Of a stretch of DNA of 50,114 bases, positions 32,745-41,682 are shown piece by piece. The DNA lies in IMG/VR virus record IMGVR_UViG_3300015195_000002, positions 1 to 50,114 of that record, one strand, 5' to 3'. Made by a program: the position numbers and the translations under genes. Source of the DNA: a virus. Position 1 is the stretch's first letter. Each line of letters starts with the position of its first letter. Below the pieces are notes generated by a model, which saw only the letters and a program-made list of their open reading frames with translations, did not search any database and was not told the origin of the DNA.

Positions 32745-33169
32745 GCCAGCACCGCCGGGTAGGTATCGAGCACGATCTCCAGGTTGTCCTGCACTCCCTC
32801 ACGCGGAACCATCGCCTGCCCGCGGGTGACATAGCCTGTCGCCTGCACCCGCACCGGAGACGTCGAGAAGCTGCTCGCGTCGGTATCGGCCAACGTGTCG
32901 ATACCGAGGACGGCGAACTCTACCCGGCCGTTCGTCGCGGCCAACAGCGTGAAGACGAGGGAGCCCGAGACGTCTTCCGTCCAGCGCTTCGCGGAGAGCC
33001 GGCCACGGAAGTGAGAGGGCATCATCCGCTCGACCAGATCGCCCTTAATGCTCACGTCAAGTAGTACGTCCTCATAGTTCAACTCCCACTCGTACAGGTC
33101 CGCAGCGCGCACCCAGGCGGCGCCGGTGTAGAAATAGAGGGAGCAATCCTTCCCGGTGATCCGCGCCAT
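32741..33169 (-). CDS. Tail tube (major tail) protein paralogue 1
   Basis: 142 aa, canonical position upstream of the chaperone/tape measure genes. Confidence 0.5.
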   Translation of the reverse strand: MARITGKDCSLYFYTGAAWVRAADLYEWELNYEDVLLDVSIKGDLVERMMPSHFRGRLSAKRWTEDVSGSLVFTLLAATNGRVEFAVLGIDTLADTDASSFSTSPVRVQATGYVTRGQAMVPREGVQDNLEIVLDTYPAVLA

Positions 33170-33585
33170 CAGAGACCCCCTGTGAAGATGCGGTGCCGGG
33201 TCAGCACCATATCGGCGTGGACTTCCTCGAGAATCTCCTGATAGATGCCCTCTCGCCAGTGGGCAATCCGCTTCGTCCTTCGCCCATCGCGGCCGAGTTC
33301 ATGCCGCGCGCGGGCATAGGGCACCTCGTTCGTCAGCGTGACGGCCGAGCGGTCCGGGGCATACTCCAGTTTCTCGCCCTTCAGGAGGCGCTGGGTACGG
33401 ACCCATTTCTTCTTGCCACTCGCCGTCATATCTTCCGGAATGCTGTAAATCTGCTTCCGCATATGCTGCTTCGAGACGACGAGCATTCGCCGTCCCGTGC
33501 GCTCGGTCAGGCCCCGGAACTCCGGCGAGACTCGGCCGGTGCGCGCCTGCCAGGTTTTGACCAGCTCCTCGGCGGTGAAGGCCAT
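33169..33585 (-). CDS. Head-tail joining / tail completion protein (position-based)
   Basis: 138 aa between the connector genes and the tube gene. Confidence 0.35.
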   Translation of the reverse strand: MAFTAEELVKTWQARTGRVSPEFRGLTERTGRRMLVVSKQHMRKQIYSIPEDMTASGKKKWVRTQRLLKGEKLEYAPDRSAVTLTNEVPYARARHELGRDGRRTKRIAHWREGIYQEILEEVHADMVLTRHRIFTGGL

Positions 33586-34127
33586 TAGCGGGCCACCGTT
33601 CGGATCGAAGAGTTACTGATCCCCCGCGCGTGATCCAGGAGGCGGGCGTAGAGCGAATCGAGGGGTTCTCGCACACCCCATGGACAGTCGCCCTCGGGGA
33701 TCGGCGAGCTGGTGGAGAAGATCGGCAGCGCGAACCCCTTCGAGGCTGATTCCACTGTCACCCAGAGGTCGAGCGATTGCATGGCTTTGATTCCCCACTC
33801 GTTGTCAATGAGCGCTTCATAGGACGCGCTCTCTTCCGACTGGAGCGGGTAGTGGGTGCCGTAGATTTTCTCGGCCTTCAGCGTATCTGTCGCGGCTTCG
33901 AGGGCGAGGTAAATCTGCCCGCGCTTCTGGAGTGTGTGTTGCCAGGGGAACTGCTGGAGGTCGTAATTCGCCGCGCCCATGTGACCCTGCATCCAGGAGT
34001 CGGCAAAATCAATGCAGCCCTGAACGAAGGCATCGAGGCTCACCTGATCCGCCAGCCGGAACAGTTGCGGCGTTAAGGCCCCCACTGCCTCTACGTCTGC
34101 CGGCAGGACAGGCGGAGTGAGAGGCAT
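33585..34127 (-). CDS. Head-tail connector/adaptor protein (position-based)
   Basis: 180 aa in the connector block. Confidence 0.35.
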   Translation of the reverse strand: MPLTPPVLPADVEAVGALTPQLFRLADQVSLDAFVQGCIDFADSWMQGHMGAANYDLQQFPWQHTLQKRGQIYLALEAATDTLKAEKIYGTHYPLQSEESASYEALIDNEWGIKAMQSLDLWVTVESASKGFALPIFSTSSPIPEGDCPWGVREPLDSLYARLLDHARGISNSSIRTVAR

Positions 34128-34613
34128 CTACGTGGTGGACGTGAAGACAAAGATAACGGTGACGCCCGTCACCGTGTTTGCCAGAGTGCCCGTCGCTGAC
34201 CAACTAAAGGTCAATACGTCGCCACCGGTCACGGCGAGAGTCGCACCCAGGGCGAAGGCTACCGGCGTATAGGCGACGATCGCCTGACCGCCCGTCGCCT
34301 TCGTGGTATTGGTCGGCACCGCGGTCAAGATCGCCGTCGAGCCGGCGCCCGTGCCCTTGTTGATCGAAGTAAAGGTCAGAAAGTTGGTGTCGCTCGCCGC
34401 CAGGGCATTGTTCGCGACCAGACTCACCGTCGCAATGGCCCCGGTGACGGGCGCACGGATCAGAATCTCCCCGCTGCCCGTCGCCGCAATGGTCCCAATA
34501 GTGGAACTCTGCCGGCGCACCGACTGATTCGGGGAGAGGGCGGCGCCGGTCAAAGAGCCGGCCAGCATATCCGCCGCGGTCAGTTGACCGCCCCAAAAGC
34601 GGGGGATCGGCAT
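34128..34613 (-). CDS. Hypothetical structural protein (161 aa, Thr/Ala/Gly-rich)
   Basis: Track ORF in the connector block. Confidence 0.4.
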   Translation of the reverse strand: MPIPRFWGGQLTAADMLAGSLTGAALSPNQSVRRQSSTIGTIAATGSGEILIRAPVTGAIATVSLVANNALAASDTNFLTFTSINKGTGAGSTAILTAVPTNTTKATGGQAIVAYTPVAFALGATLAVTGGDVLTFSWSATGTLANTVTGVTVIFVFTSTT

Positions 34614-34834
34614 TAGCTTAACCTTCCTTGCGGGTCGATCTCACACGGCCGGCGCCGCATCCGCCCACTCGCGTAGAACGCTTTCAGCCGCTCGTCGGCG
34701 AGCCGCTGGCTCTCCCGCGCCTTCGCGTTATCGAGGTGCTGCTGCTCGCGGGTCGCCTTCACTTGCGCGTCCATCCGGTCGCTCCGCTCCTGATACGTTT
34801 CCGGCCGCTCGTCTTGTCGGCGGGTGATCGCCAT
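34613..34834 (-). CDS. Hypothetical charged small protein (73 aa)
   Basis: Track ORF. Confidence 0.4.
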   Translation of the reverse strand: MAITRRQDERPETYQERSDRMDAQVKATREQQHLDNAKARESQRLADERLKAFYASGRMRRRPCEIDPQGRLS

Positions 34835-34896
34835 TAGGTAGCCCTCATTTGAGTAATATTTGTGTATTCTGTGTTAAAACATACTTGGAGGATGCA

Positions 34897-35760
34897 ATGA
34901 ACACAGAATGGATTACAGGAGAAGAGGCGGCGGCAATTCTCGGAATGCAGCGCCTGCCGGTGAATCGGCTCGCCAAAGACGGCTTCGTTGTTGCTCGAAA
35001 GTCCACGACGCCGCATCGCAATGGCAGCATCCCATGGGAGTTCGACCGGGCCTCGGTGGAACAGCGAGCGGCCCGGATGAAAGTCAACCCACCCACGGAA
35101 GCGGAATGCGGTGTCGATTGGATGCCGCTCACCGAGGCCATTGCCTTCCTCGGCCTGAGTCGCAATTCGGTTTGTGAGCGAATTGAGAAGGGACAGCTTC
35201 AGAGCGCGAACTTTGGCCCACCCGAGAAGCACGCGGTCTTTGTGAACCGGAAGCAGGTTGAGGAGCACCTGACCGATCCGCCGCACGCGCCGCGGGAACT
35301 GCGCCCGTGGACGCCTCCCGACATAACGGAGGCAAAGCGTGGTTGGCTTGCCGGCATCCTCGACGGCGAGGGCTGTATCAGCCTGATTCGACACGTCCAC
35401 AGCCGCGGCACCCAGTGGAACATCCGCCTCACCATTGTGAACACAAACCCGATTCCCATTGATGACGCGACCGCACTCCTGGGAGGCTTCAAGTCTCAAC
35501 GGAAGAGGGACAATGATCTCTGGGCGCCCGCGTTCGTTTGGATGGCGAGTTGTGGCCAAGCAGCGGCTATCCTCCGCTATCTGCGGGATGCTATTTCGAT
35601 CAAAGCCGAGCAAGCCGATCTGGCGATCCAGTTTCAAGATCATCTTGATTCGCGTGCCTATCGCATCGTTCCGCCGTCGGTCATCGAATGGCGCGATGAA
35701 CAGTTTCGCAAAATGGCGGAACTCAATCGGCGCGGTCCTACGCGACTCCAGTCAAGCTGA
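34897..35760 (+). CDS. Free-standing LAGLIDADG homing endonuclease with two N-terminal HTH modules
   Basis: WLAGILDGEGCISL (one LAGLIDADG motif). EWITGEEAAAILGMQRLPVNRLAKDG and DWMPLTEAIAFLGLSRNSVCERIEKG HTHs. SD GGAGG before ATG 34897. The 5' flank is AT-rich. Confidence 0.7.
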   Translation: MNTEWITGEEAAAILGMQRLPVNRLAKDGFVVARKSTTPHRNGSIPWEFDRASVEQRAARMKVNPPTEAECGVDWMPLTEAIAFLGLSRNSVCERIEKGQLQSANFGPPEKHAVFVNRKQVEEHLTDPPHAPRELRPWTPPDITEAKRGWLAGILDGEGCISLIRHVHSRGTQWNIRLTIVNTNPIPIDDATALLGGFKSQRKRDNDLWAPAFVWMASCGQAAAILRYLRDAISIKAEQADLAIQFQDHLDSRAYRIVPPSVIEWRDEQFRKMAELNRRGPTRLQSS

Positions 35761-36931
35761 CAGCGGCGAGCCGATCGGCCACAGCAAAGGCCAAATACCA
35801 GCTCGTGACAATTACCTGAGTCTGCATACGCGCGTCCCGCTCCATCTCCGTTTGTAGTCCGCCTTCGGTGTACATCATGAGGGCTCGGTCGCGCTGGATC
35901 AGCAATTCGGTCGTCGAGTCGCCCGACACGCCGCCGGGGCTCCACGAGGTGGATTTCGTGCTATCCCAGCGATGCGGCTCCAGGCCGAATTGCCGCGGAT
36001 ACACGCCCCGGCTCTGGAAGGCGAAACCGGCGAGGGGGTCCTCGAACTGCGGCACGTTCAAGAGCTTCGTAATGCCGCTCGCGCCCATCATGTAGTCCGT
36101 GGGCTGGTAGCCAATCGGGAACTTCATCATGGCCTTGACGTAATCGGCATAGGACGGGTTGCCGGTCGAGGCGCAGGCCACGGTGGGGACGGCCGCGCCC
36201 GTGCCGCCATAGGTCGAGTCACCGTTCAGGAGGATGTCGACCGCGAGGTCGGTGATGTCAATCGCGATCTGCCGGCCGTACCGCGCGAAGCCGCGCTGGA
36301 AGATGTCGATCCGCTGCCGGCGCATCGCCTCATCGGAGATGGAGAGCTGCCCGCCGAACTTCAGGAGGCGGATGGTACTCTCGGTCGAAGAGACATTCAC
36401 TTCCTGGAAGGAGGCGAACTCACCGGTCAGCCCGATCGAGCGGTCGAGCACCGTCTCGTTCATCACGGCGTGAACGGCGGTCCCGGAATTGATGTTCTGC
36501 GTCTGGGCGACCAGGATATCGAGCAAGGGCACCGCGAGCAAGCTCTCGATGATGATCGTGTCCCAGAAGAACGGGAACACGGTCAGCTCGGCCGGGCTGA
36601 CGGAGAACGCCTTCTCCATCGAGTCGGCGTGGTCCCCGCTCATCGTGACGCCGCGATCCTTGAAGTACTCGTTTAAGACCCACTTATGGGCGGCCAATTC
36701 TTTGATCTCGCGGCGCTTTTTGGTCGCCCATTCCGGCGTCCCCAGATCAGCCACCATCTTGGCGGTGAGCCGTTCGAGCTTCTGGTCGTCCGGCCAGACG
36801 CCATTGTTGTAGGCCTGCATGCCCATGAACTGCAGCGGCTGGCACTTCAGATTCTTCTCGCCCTCGGTATAGGCCAGCGCGCCCTTGTACATCCCATCGA
36901 CCATATCTTTAGAAAACGTTTGCATACTCAC
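35738..36931 (-). CDS. Major capsid protein (HK97-fold type)
   Basis: 397 aa, downstream of the protease-scaffold and decoration-like genes. The sequence has the general look of HK97-like capsid proteins (...SISDEAMRRQRIDIF...). Confidence 0.65.
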   Translation of the reverse strand: MSMQTFSKDMVDGMYKGALAYTEGEKNLKCQPLQFMGMQAYNNGVWPDDQKLERLTAKMVADLGTPEWATKKRREIKELAAHKWVLNEYFKDRGVTMSGDHADSMEKAFSVSPAELTVFPFFWDTIIIESLLAVPLLDILVAQTQNINSGTAVHAVMNETVLDRSIGLTGEFASFQEVNVSSTESTIRLLKFGGQLSISDEAMRRQRIDIFQRGFARYGRQIAIDITDLAVDILLNGDSTYGGTGAAVPTVACASTGNPSYADYVKAMMKFPIGYQPTDYMMGASGITKLLNVPQFEDPLAGFAFQSRGVYPRQFGLEPHRWDSTKSTSWSPGGVSGDSTTELLIQRDRALMMYTEGGLQTEMERDARMQTQVIVTSWYLAFAVADRLAAVSLTGVA

Positions 36932-36936
36932 TGGGG

Positions 36937-37389
36937 TTAGCTCCCAAACTCGACGCGGATCAGGACCGGCGCCGCGCCCGCGTCGATCTCAACGATGGTC
37001 CCGACGCCGCCCGAGGCCACCCCTTTGACTTGATCGCGCAAGACGCCTTCGATCGGAATGGTGCCAGCCGTGCCGTTCGCCTGGATCTGCTGGCCGAGGG
37101 CCGGTGACCCAACGCACTCGAACACCATCGAGAACGCCTTCACCAGCTTGATGACGGAGAGCGGAATGGCCTGATTGTTGACGCCGGAGTTGACTGACTC
37201 CACCATCCCGTAGGGCGGATCGTTGGCCACGCACTGGACTACACCATCGTTGAACAGGGCCGTCGTGTCCTGCTTGACCAGGTGCCCTTTCAGCGGCGCG
37301 GCATACCGCGCCGTGGCGAACGCCTTCGGGATAATGGACCCCGCCCTGGAGGCGAACCGGTCCCCGGAGATCGCAAATCGGATCGCCAT
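36937..37389 (-). CDS. Head decoration / auxiliary capsid protein (position-based)
   Basis: Track ORF 36937..37407. ATG 37389 follows GGGGAGAGGAG. Confidence 0.4.
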   Translation of the reverse strand: MAIRFAISGDRFASRAGSIIPKAFATARYAAPLKGHLVKQDTTALFNDGVVQCVANDPPYGMVESVNSGVNNQAIPLSVIKLVKAFSMVFECVGSPALGQQIQANGTAGTIPIEGVLRDQVKGVASGGVGTIVEIDAGAAPVLIRVEFGS

Positions 37390-37391
37390 GG

Positions 37392-38510
37392 CTACTCCTC
37401 TCCCCACTGGCCGAAGACAGAGGTTCGCAGACGGGGCGGTGGCATCTCACCCGGCGGGATCAGCACCGCGCCATTCGGCTCGCCGACCATCTTCGATTGC
37501 GGCGAGGGCGGGAACCGCTTGTTGATCTCGACGCCCAGATCGCTGTCGAATTTCTTCAACTGGACGAGGTTGGCGTTCTCCAGGAGCGCGAGCGGCAATT
37601 CCGCCGGCCGCTCCAAAACGCCGAGTTTGCGACCGATCTCCCCGATCAGGTCATCGTGGTACTGCTTGCCGTCGAGGGCGAACTGGCCGTTGGCAGCCAG
37701 AGCCGCCGCCTTGGCGAGCAACTCCTCGTTCTCGGTGGTGAGGGCCTTCACTTGGGCCTCCAGCTCCGCTTTTTCCATCTGCTCTCCTTGGTGTTGAACG
37801 GGCGGATGCACGAAGCCGCCGACGATCATTGGTGCGCCGGTGGCGACGGCGGGAGTGAGCTTCATCCCTTCGGTGCCCGTCGCATACTCAACCTGAAGAA
37901 TGCCGCCCCCCGGCCAGAACGCCTTTGTTCCGATAGCAGTGGCCCCGCGCTGGCAGCCGACCCAGACAAACGAGCCTTCCATCGCCTCCACGCGGTTGGT
38001 ATCCCCTGAGTAACTGACCGTGGCTAGTTTCCCGTCATATTGCTGCCCCGCCTGATGGTCGCACCCTTTCGCGCCGTCATACGGGGCGCTGCACAGGTCA
38101 CAGGTCCGACCCGCTGCCTGGAAACCGATCGAGACGTCGCGGGCAATGCCGGTCTGAATCTTGTGAGAAAGCTCGCTCCCAGCCAGCGTGTAGTAGTCGG
38201 CAACGAGGTGCGTCACGCCGCGCTCGTCCCGGGAGACCGTCGCGTCGAACCAGCGACCGGAAGGGCTCTTCGTCTTGTCGTGGCCCTCGAGGACCGGCTT
38301 GCCGGGTAAGGTCTGCGCGAACCGCTCCAGATAGCTAACTGGGAACCGCTCGAACGCTCGGTCGGTCTCGGTGTTCGCCAGGCGCGCTTTCCCGAGATAC
38401 ACCTGAGAGGACTCGACCGGGTAAGGAGCCAGCTTATTGATCAGAGCGAGCGCGTCACTCTCCCCCATCGGGGTGAGCGCTTTCGCCTCGAATTCTTTCG
38501 TGATAACCAT
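37392..38510 (-). CDS. HK97-family prohead serine protease fused to a scaffold-like coiled coil
   Basis: GKPVLEGHD...DVSIGFQ...AMEGSFVWVG pattern. Cys/His insert CDLCSAPYDGAKGCDH. C-terminal MEKAELEAQVKALTTENEELLAKAAALAANG. Confidence 0.6.
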   Translation of the reverse strand: MVITKEFEAKALTPMGESDALALINKLAPYPVESSQVYLGKARLANTETDRAFERFPVSYLERFAQTLPGKPVLEGHDKTKSPSGRWFDATVSRDERGVTHLVADYYTLAGSELSHKIQTGIARDVSIGFQAAGRTCDLCSAPYDGAKGCDHQAGQQYDGKLATVSYSGDTNRVEAMEGSFVWVGCQRGATAIGTKAFWPGGGILQVEYATGTEGMKLTPAVATGAPMIVGGFVHPPVQHQGEQMEKAELEAQVKALTTENEELLAKAAALAANGQFALDGKQYHDDLIGEIGRKLGVLERPAELPLALLENANLVQLKKFDSDLGVEINKRFPPSPQSKMVGEPNGAVLIPPGEMPPPRLRTSVFGQWGEE

Positions 38511-38520
38511 CAGTCACTCG

Positions 38521-38568
38521 AAAAGAAAAGGGCAGCCGGCCGCGAGAGGTAGGAGGAGACGGCCGCCC
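38521..38568 (-). terminator. Possible rho-independent terminator/attenuator (minus strand)
   Basis: GGGCGGCCG ... CGGCC(ggct)GCCC stem with a 17-nt loop, then TTTTCTTTT, directly upstream of the protease gene. Confidence 0.3.
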
Positions 38569-38769
38569 TCAAGGATTGGGATACAGGATGCAACGCAGGC
38601 TCTTGTGGCGACCTTTCGCGTAATCCACCCAGGCCGGATACCGCTTGCCGCAGGCGGGGCAGAGTGTCTTCTCCTCGCGGGTGAGGCCAATGAAAGCGCC
38701 ACACTCACAACGGATCAGATACTCGCCCGGCGCGGCGTCCAGCATCTTGGTAGGCACGGGATCGGTCAC
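38569..38769 (-). CDS. Small zinc-ribbon protein (66 aa, GTG start)
   Basis: CECGAF...CPACGK. Confidence 0.45.
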   Translation of the reverse strand: MTDPVPTKMLDAAPGEYLIRCECGAFIGLTREEKTLCPACGKRYPAWVDYAKGRHKSLRCILYPNP

Positions 38770-38916
38770 GGTTCTACCTCTAAACGCAACAGAGGACTCG
38801 TGTCAACCCCGAATTTGAGGAATTTCAGGCGTAAGGGAGAATGAGATATACTGATCTCAATCCGAAGTGAAAGCGAAGCCGGAGGTGGATGACCCGTAGG
38901 GTCAGCGCAGAAGGAT

Positions 38917-38945
38917 CCATGGAGTTAAACTCCGTGGGTTTTTCT
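38917..38945 (+). terminator. Hairpin plus T5 tract oriented on the plus strand
   Basis: CCATGGAGT taa ACTCCGTGG (9 bp, one G-U) followed by GTTTTTCTG. Confidence 0.4.
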
Positions 38946-38950
38946 GTGAG

Positions 38951-39211
38951 TCAGTCCTTCTTGTGCGCGATCCGCCAGATGGTCGTCGGGGTGACGCCCA
39001 TCTCTGCGGCGACCTCACGATAGGTGGCCCCATCGCCGTGAACGCGGGTGCGGATGGCGGTTTTCTGCGCGGACGAGAACTGCGTATTGTGGTGGTCCGC
39101 GCCGGAGCGCCGGGGAGGAGCGCGGAAGGGGCGGGGATCGAACGAGGCGCCGGGGTAGGAATCACCACCGCCGCCGAGGTCGGAGTGATCCCAGGGGCGC
39201 GGGTTCTTCAT
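38951..39211 (-). CDS. Small HTH protein (Hin/resolvase-C-terminal-like HTH)
   Basis: GATYREVAAEMGVTPTTIWRIAHKK at the C terminus. Confidence 0.45.
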   Translation of the reverse strand: MKNPRPWDHSDLGGGGDSYPGASFDPRPFRAPPRRSGADHHNTQFSSAQKTAIRTRVHGDGATYREVAAEMGVTPTTIWRIAHKKD

Positions 39212-40104
39212 GGTTTCCTCCTACCCGGCACCCCCATGATCGTGAACCCCTTCAGTCGCTCGTATTGCTTCCCGTCCGCGTGCGTCACCGTCAGCATGAG
39301 CGCCATGGTCTGGGCGGCTGCATCAAGAGCAGGGCAGCGCACTTGAATCTCAGTCGGCGTCCACACCAGCACCGGAACCGCCTTCACGCCGATCATCACC
39401 TGACCGGTCACCGCCCCGAACCCCTGGCCCTGGATGAAGATCGTGTCGCCCGGTGCGAAGCTCTGCGCGAGTTGGCCCATCGCCTCCCGGAAGCCGGTCA
39501 CCATCAAGCTCGAGGTACCGGGTGGCGGCAGGGGCGTCGGGGTGGGCGTCGGCGTCGGCGTGGGAACGGGCGCGGTCCCTGGCAGCAGCGTGAACGACCC
39601 CGAGGAGGCGATCCGGAGGAAAGTAGCGCCTGAAGGCTGGTAGACATCCCAGCCGCCGGTGATCGCCACTCCTCCGGGGTCAGGCGCGAGGAACTGGATC
39701 GCGGCCCCCGTCCAAGAAGTGGGCTGCGCGGCGATCCGTCCCGCGAGTTGCACGCGACCCGCCCCGGTGCCGAGGAGCACCCCCTCGATCTGGAGTGGCG
39801 TCCCCGCGACCGCTGAAGTCACCAGGAGGCCCGTGGCGCGGTTCCGGATGCCCGTCAGGGCCGGCTTGGGCGCTGGCGTGGGAATTGGGGTGGGGATAGG
39901 CGTTCCGGTCGGGATCAGCGTCGGGAGAAGCTGGACTTGGTAGGTAACGCCGCCCACCGTGACCAGATCGCCGAGGGTAAGCGGGACGGCGGCAGCCTTT
40001 GGCTTCCTGGTATGGCCGGCAGGGCGCGGGCCGGCATTCACCGTCAGGACGACGGCGGCGAAGAGGGCGACGGTGGCGAAGGTGGCCTTCTCGGCTTGTT
40101 TCAA
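39208..40104 (-). CDS. Secreted/anchored protein with two Ig-like (IPT/TIG-like) domains and Pro-Thr linkers
   Basis: ATFATVALFAAVVLTVNA signal-like N terminus. Two PT linkers separate beta-rich domains. Confidence 0.45.
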   Translation of the reverse strand: MKQAEKATFATVALFAAVVLTVNAGPRPAGHTRKPKAAAVPLTLGDLVTVGGVTYQVQLLPTLIPTGTPIPTPIPTPAPKPALTGIRNRATGLLVTSAVAGTPLQIEGVLLGTGAGRVQLAGRIAAQPTSWTGAAIQFLAPDPGGVAITGGWDVYQPSGATFLRIASSGSFTLLPGTAPVPTPTPTPTPTPLPPPGTSSLMVTGFREAMGQLAQSFAPGDTIFIQGQGFGAVTGQVMIGVKAVPVLVWTPTEIQVRCPALDAAAQTMALMLTVTHADGKQYERLKGFTIMGVPGRRKP

Positions 40105-40113
40105 GGGGCGCTC

Positions 40114-41376
40114 CTAACTCACCGCGCGGGTCACGTCGCCGAGAATGGACATCACGCCTCCTGTCAGCGTGCGGATGACGCCGCTCGACCCCATCTGCAC
40201 ATCATAACGTCCCGGGCCAGGAAGGAGCGCCAACGAGGCGGCGGGCGTCAGGGTCACCGTCACGCTCCCGCTCGTGGCGTCGGTGACGACGAGCGAACCC
40301 TGGCCAGCAGAAGCCACGTTACCGTTCAAATAGATTAAGCCAGCGGTCTCCTCGACCTGGATGATCGCCTGCGTATCAGCCTGCGCGGTGTCTGATTTGT
40401 AGGTGAACCAGAGTTTCGTGCGGCCGGTGAGACTGCCGAGCCCGGTGAATGACAAAAGGATCGTCTCGCCGCGCAGCACGGTGATGACGCTGCCGGAGAT
40501 CACCGGGGGCGGCGTGACGGCGGCAATGGATTGCGTGAGGGTGCGGGTGACATAGTTCCACACGTCAGCGGCGGTAAGCCCGGCACTGGTGAGGGTGCGC
40601 GTTCCCGCCGCCCAGACGGCCGCTGCGGTGTCCGTGGTGAGCGTGCCGAAGCTGGTGAGAGTGCGAGCGGCCGAAGCCCACACCTTATCGGCCGCGCTCT
40701 GGAGGATGTCCACGGTGAAGGCGAATGCCGTCAGGGTTCGCGAGGCCGAGGCCCAGACGGCCGCCGCATTGGCGGAAGCTGTCGGAGCGACCGCGCCGGG
40801 GATGGAGTCAAACGGGTAGATTCCCCAGTTGGCGGTATTGTCCGGAACGACGGCCCAGGGAGCCACGGTCGCGACCTGTGTCGCTCCCACATAGCCCGTA
40901 ATGAACCGGGACTGACCGGCCCCGGTCCCGGAGACAATGAAGAGAATCGTATTATTGTAAAAGTTGTCGATGGACGATGCGCCGGCATCAAGAGTGATCG
41001 TGCTGGCACCGCCACCTTGCGCCGTGCCGTTCCGGATGATCTGCAGCGACCGCCCATAAGTCCCCGGCGTTAGATGCACGCTCCGCAGCTCCTCCCACAC
41101 GTTAGAAGTCTTGATATTGGGATTCTCGACCTCTTGCCCGTTCAGCACGACCTTGGTCTTGAACGTCGCGCCGCTGGAAAAGCTGATATAGCCTCGGTGC
41201 CCATCGGGAATGGTGCCGGTCCACAGATACGAACCACTCGACGCGGCGACCTCGACCATCGTTGAGGTGGTTAGCCCAGCGGCAGCGCTGTTGGCGCTGT
41301 CGAACAAGGCCGGCGTCAGCGTTAAGCCGGCATTGCCCGCACCGAGGTTGATATCGATGGAAAGCGGATAGGCCAC
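40114..41376 (-). CDS. Fibre-like structural protein with four tandem VWxxxxRTLT repeats
   Basis: AAVWASASRTLTAF / DKVWASAARTLTSF / AAVWAAGTRTLTSA / ADVWNYVTRTLTQ. Confidence 0.5.
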   Translation of the reverse strand: MAYPLSIDINLGAGNAGLTLTPALFDSANSAAAGLTTSTMVEVAASSGSYLWTGTIPDGHRGYISFSSGATFKTKVVLNGQEVENPNIKTSNVWEELRSVHLTPGTYGRSLQIIRNGTAQGGGASTITLDAGASSIDNFYNNTILFIVSGTGAGQSRFITGYVGATQVATVAPWAVVPDNTANWGIYPFDSIPGAVAPTASANAAAVWASASRTLTAFAFTVDILQSAADKVWASAARTLTSFGTLTTDTAAAVWAAGTRTLTSAGLTAADVWNYVTRTLTQSIAAVTPPPVISGSVITVLRGETILLSFTGLGSLTGRTKLWFTYKSDTAQADTQAIIQVEETAGLIYLNGNVASAGQGSLVVTDATSGSVTVTLTPAASLALLPGPGRYDVQMGSSGVIRTLTGGVMSILGDVTRAVS

Positions 41377-41379
41377 AGA

Positions 41380-41673
41380 TTACCCCTGCGGTGTTATGTC
41401 AGCGGCGCGAAGGTTGTTCCGCATCGCCGTTGTGACCGCCGTGGAAAGCTGCCCGGCAATCGTATCCGTCGCGTTCACGGAAGCGGCCGTCAGGTGCGCG
41501 TTCGCGCCAACGCAATCCGCATCGACGATGGCATTGGCGCCGGCGGTCAGGAACCCGTTCGCCAGGGCGTAGGCGTGTATCTCATCCGCCATGCGGGTCG
41601 TGGACAACATCGTATCCGCGAAGCTCACCAATTTGGAGAGGTAATTGCTCTTTTTGCTCGAAAGGTCAGCCAT
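41380..41673 (-). CDS. Hypothetical protein (97 aa)
   Basis: Track ORF between two fibre-like genes. Confidence 0.45.
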   Translation of the reverse strand: MADLSSKKSNYLSKLVSFADTMLSTTRMADEIHAYALANGFLTAGANAIVDADCVGANAHLTAASVNATDTIAGQLSTAVTTAMRNNLRAADITPQG

Positions 41674-41682
41674 CAGTTCTCC

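Noticed and set aside
34834-35643. 269-aa minus-strand ORF that would continue the structural operon
   Set aside because: It is antisense to the homing endonuclease ORF, which has a LAGLIDADG motif, HTH modules and a strong SD. The minus translation is Arg-rich with no features.
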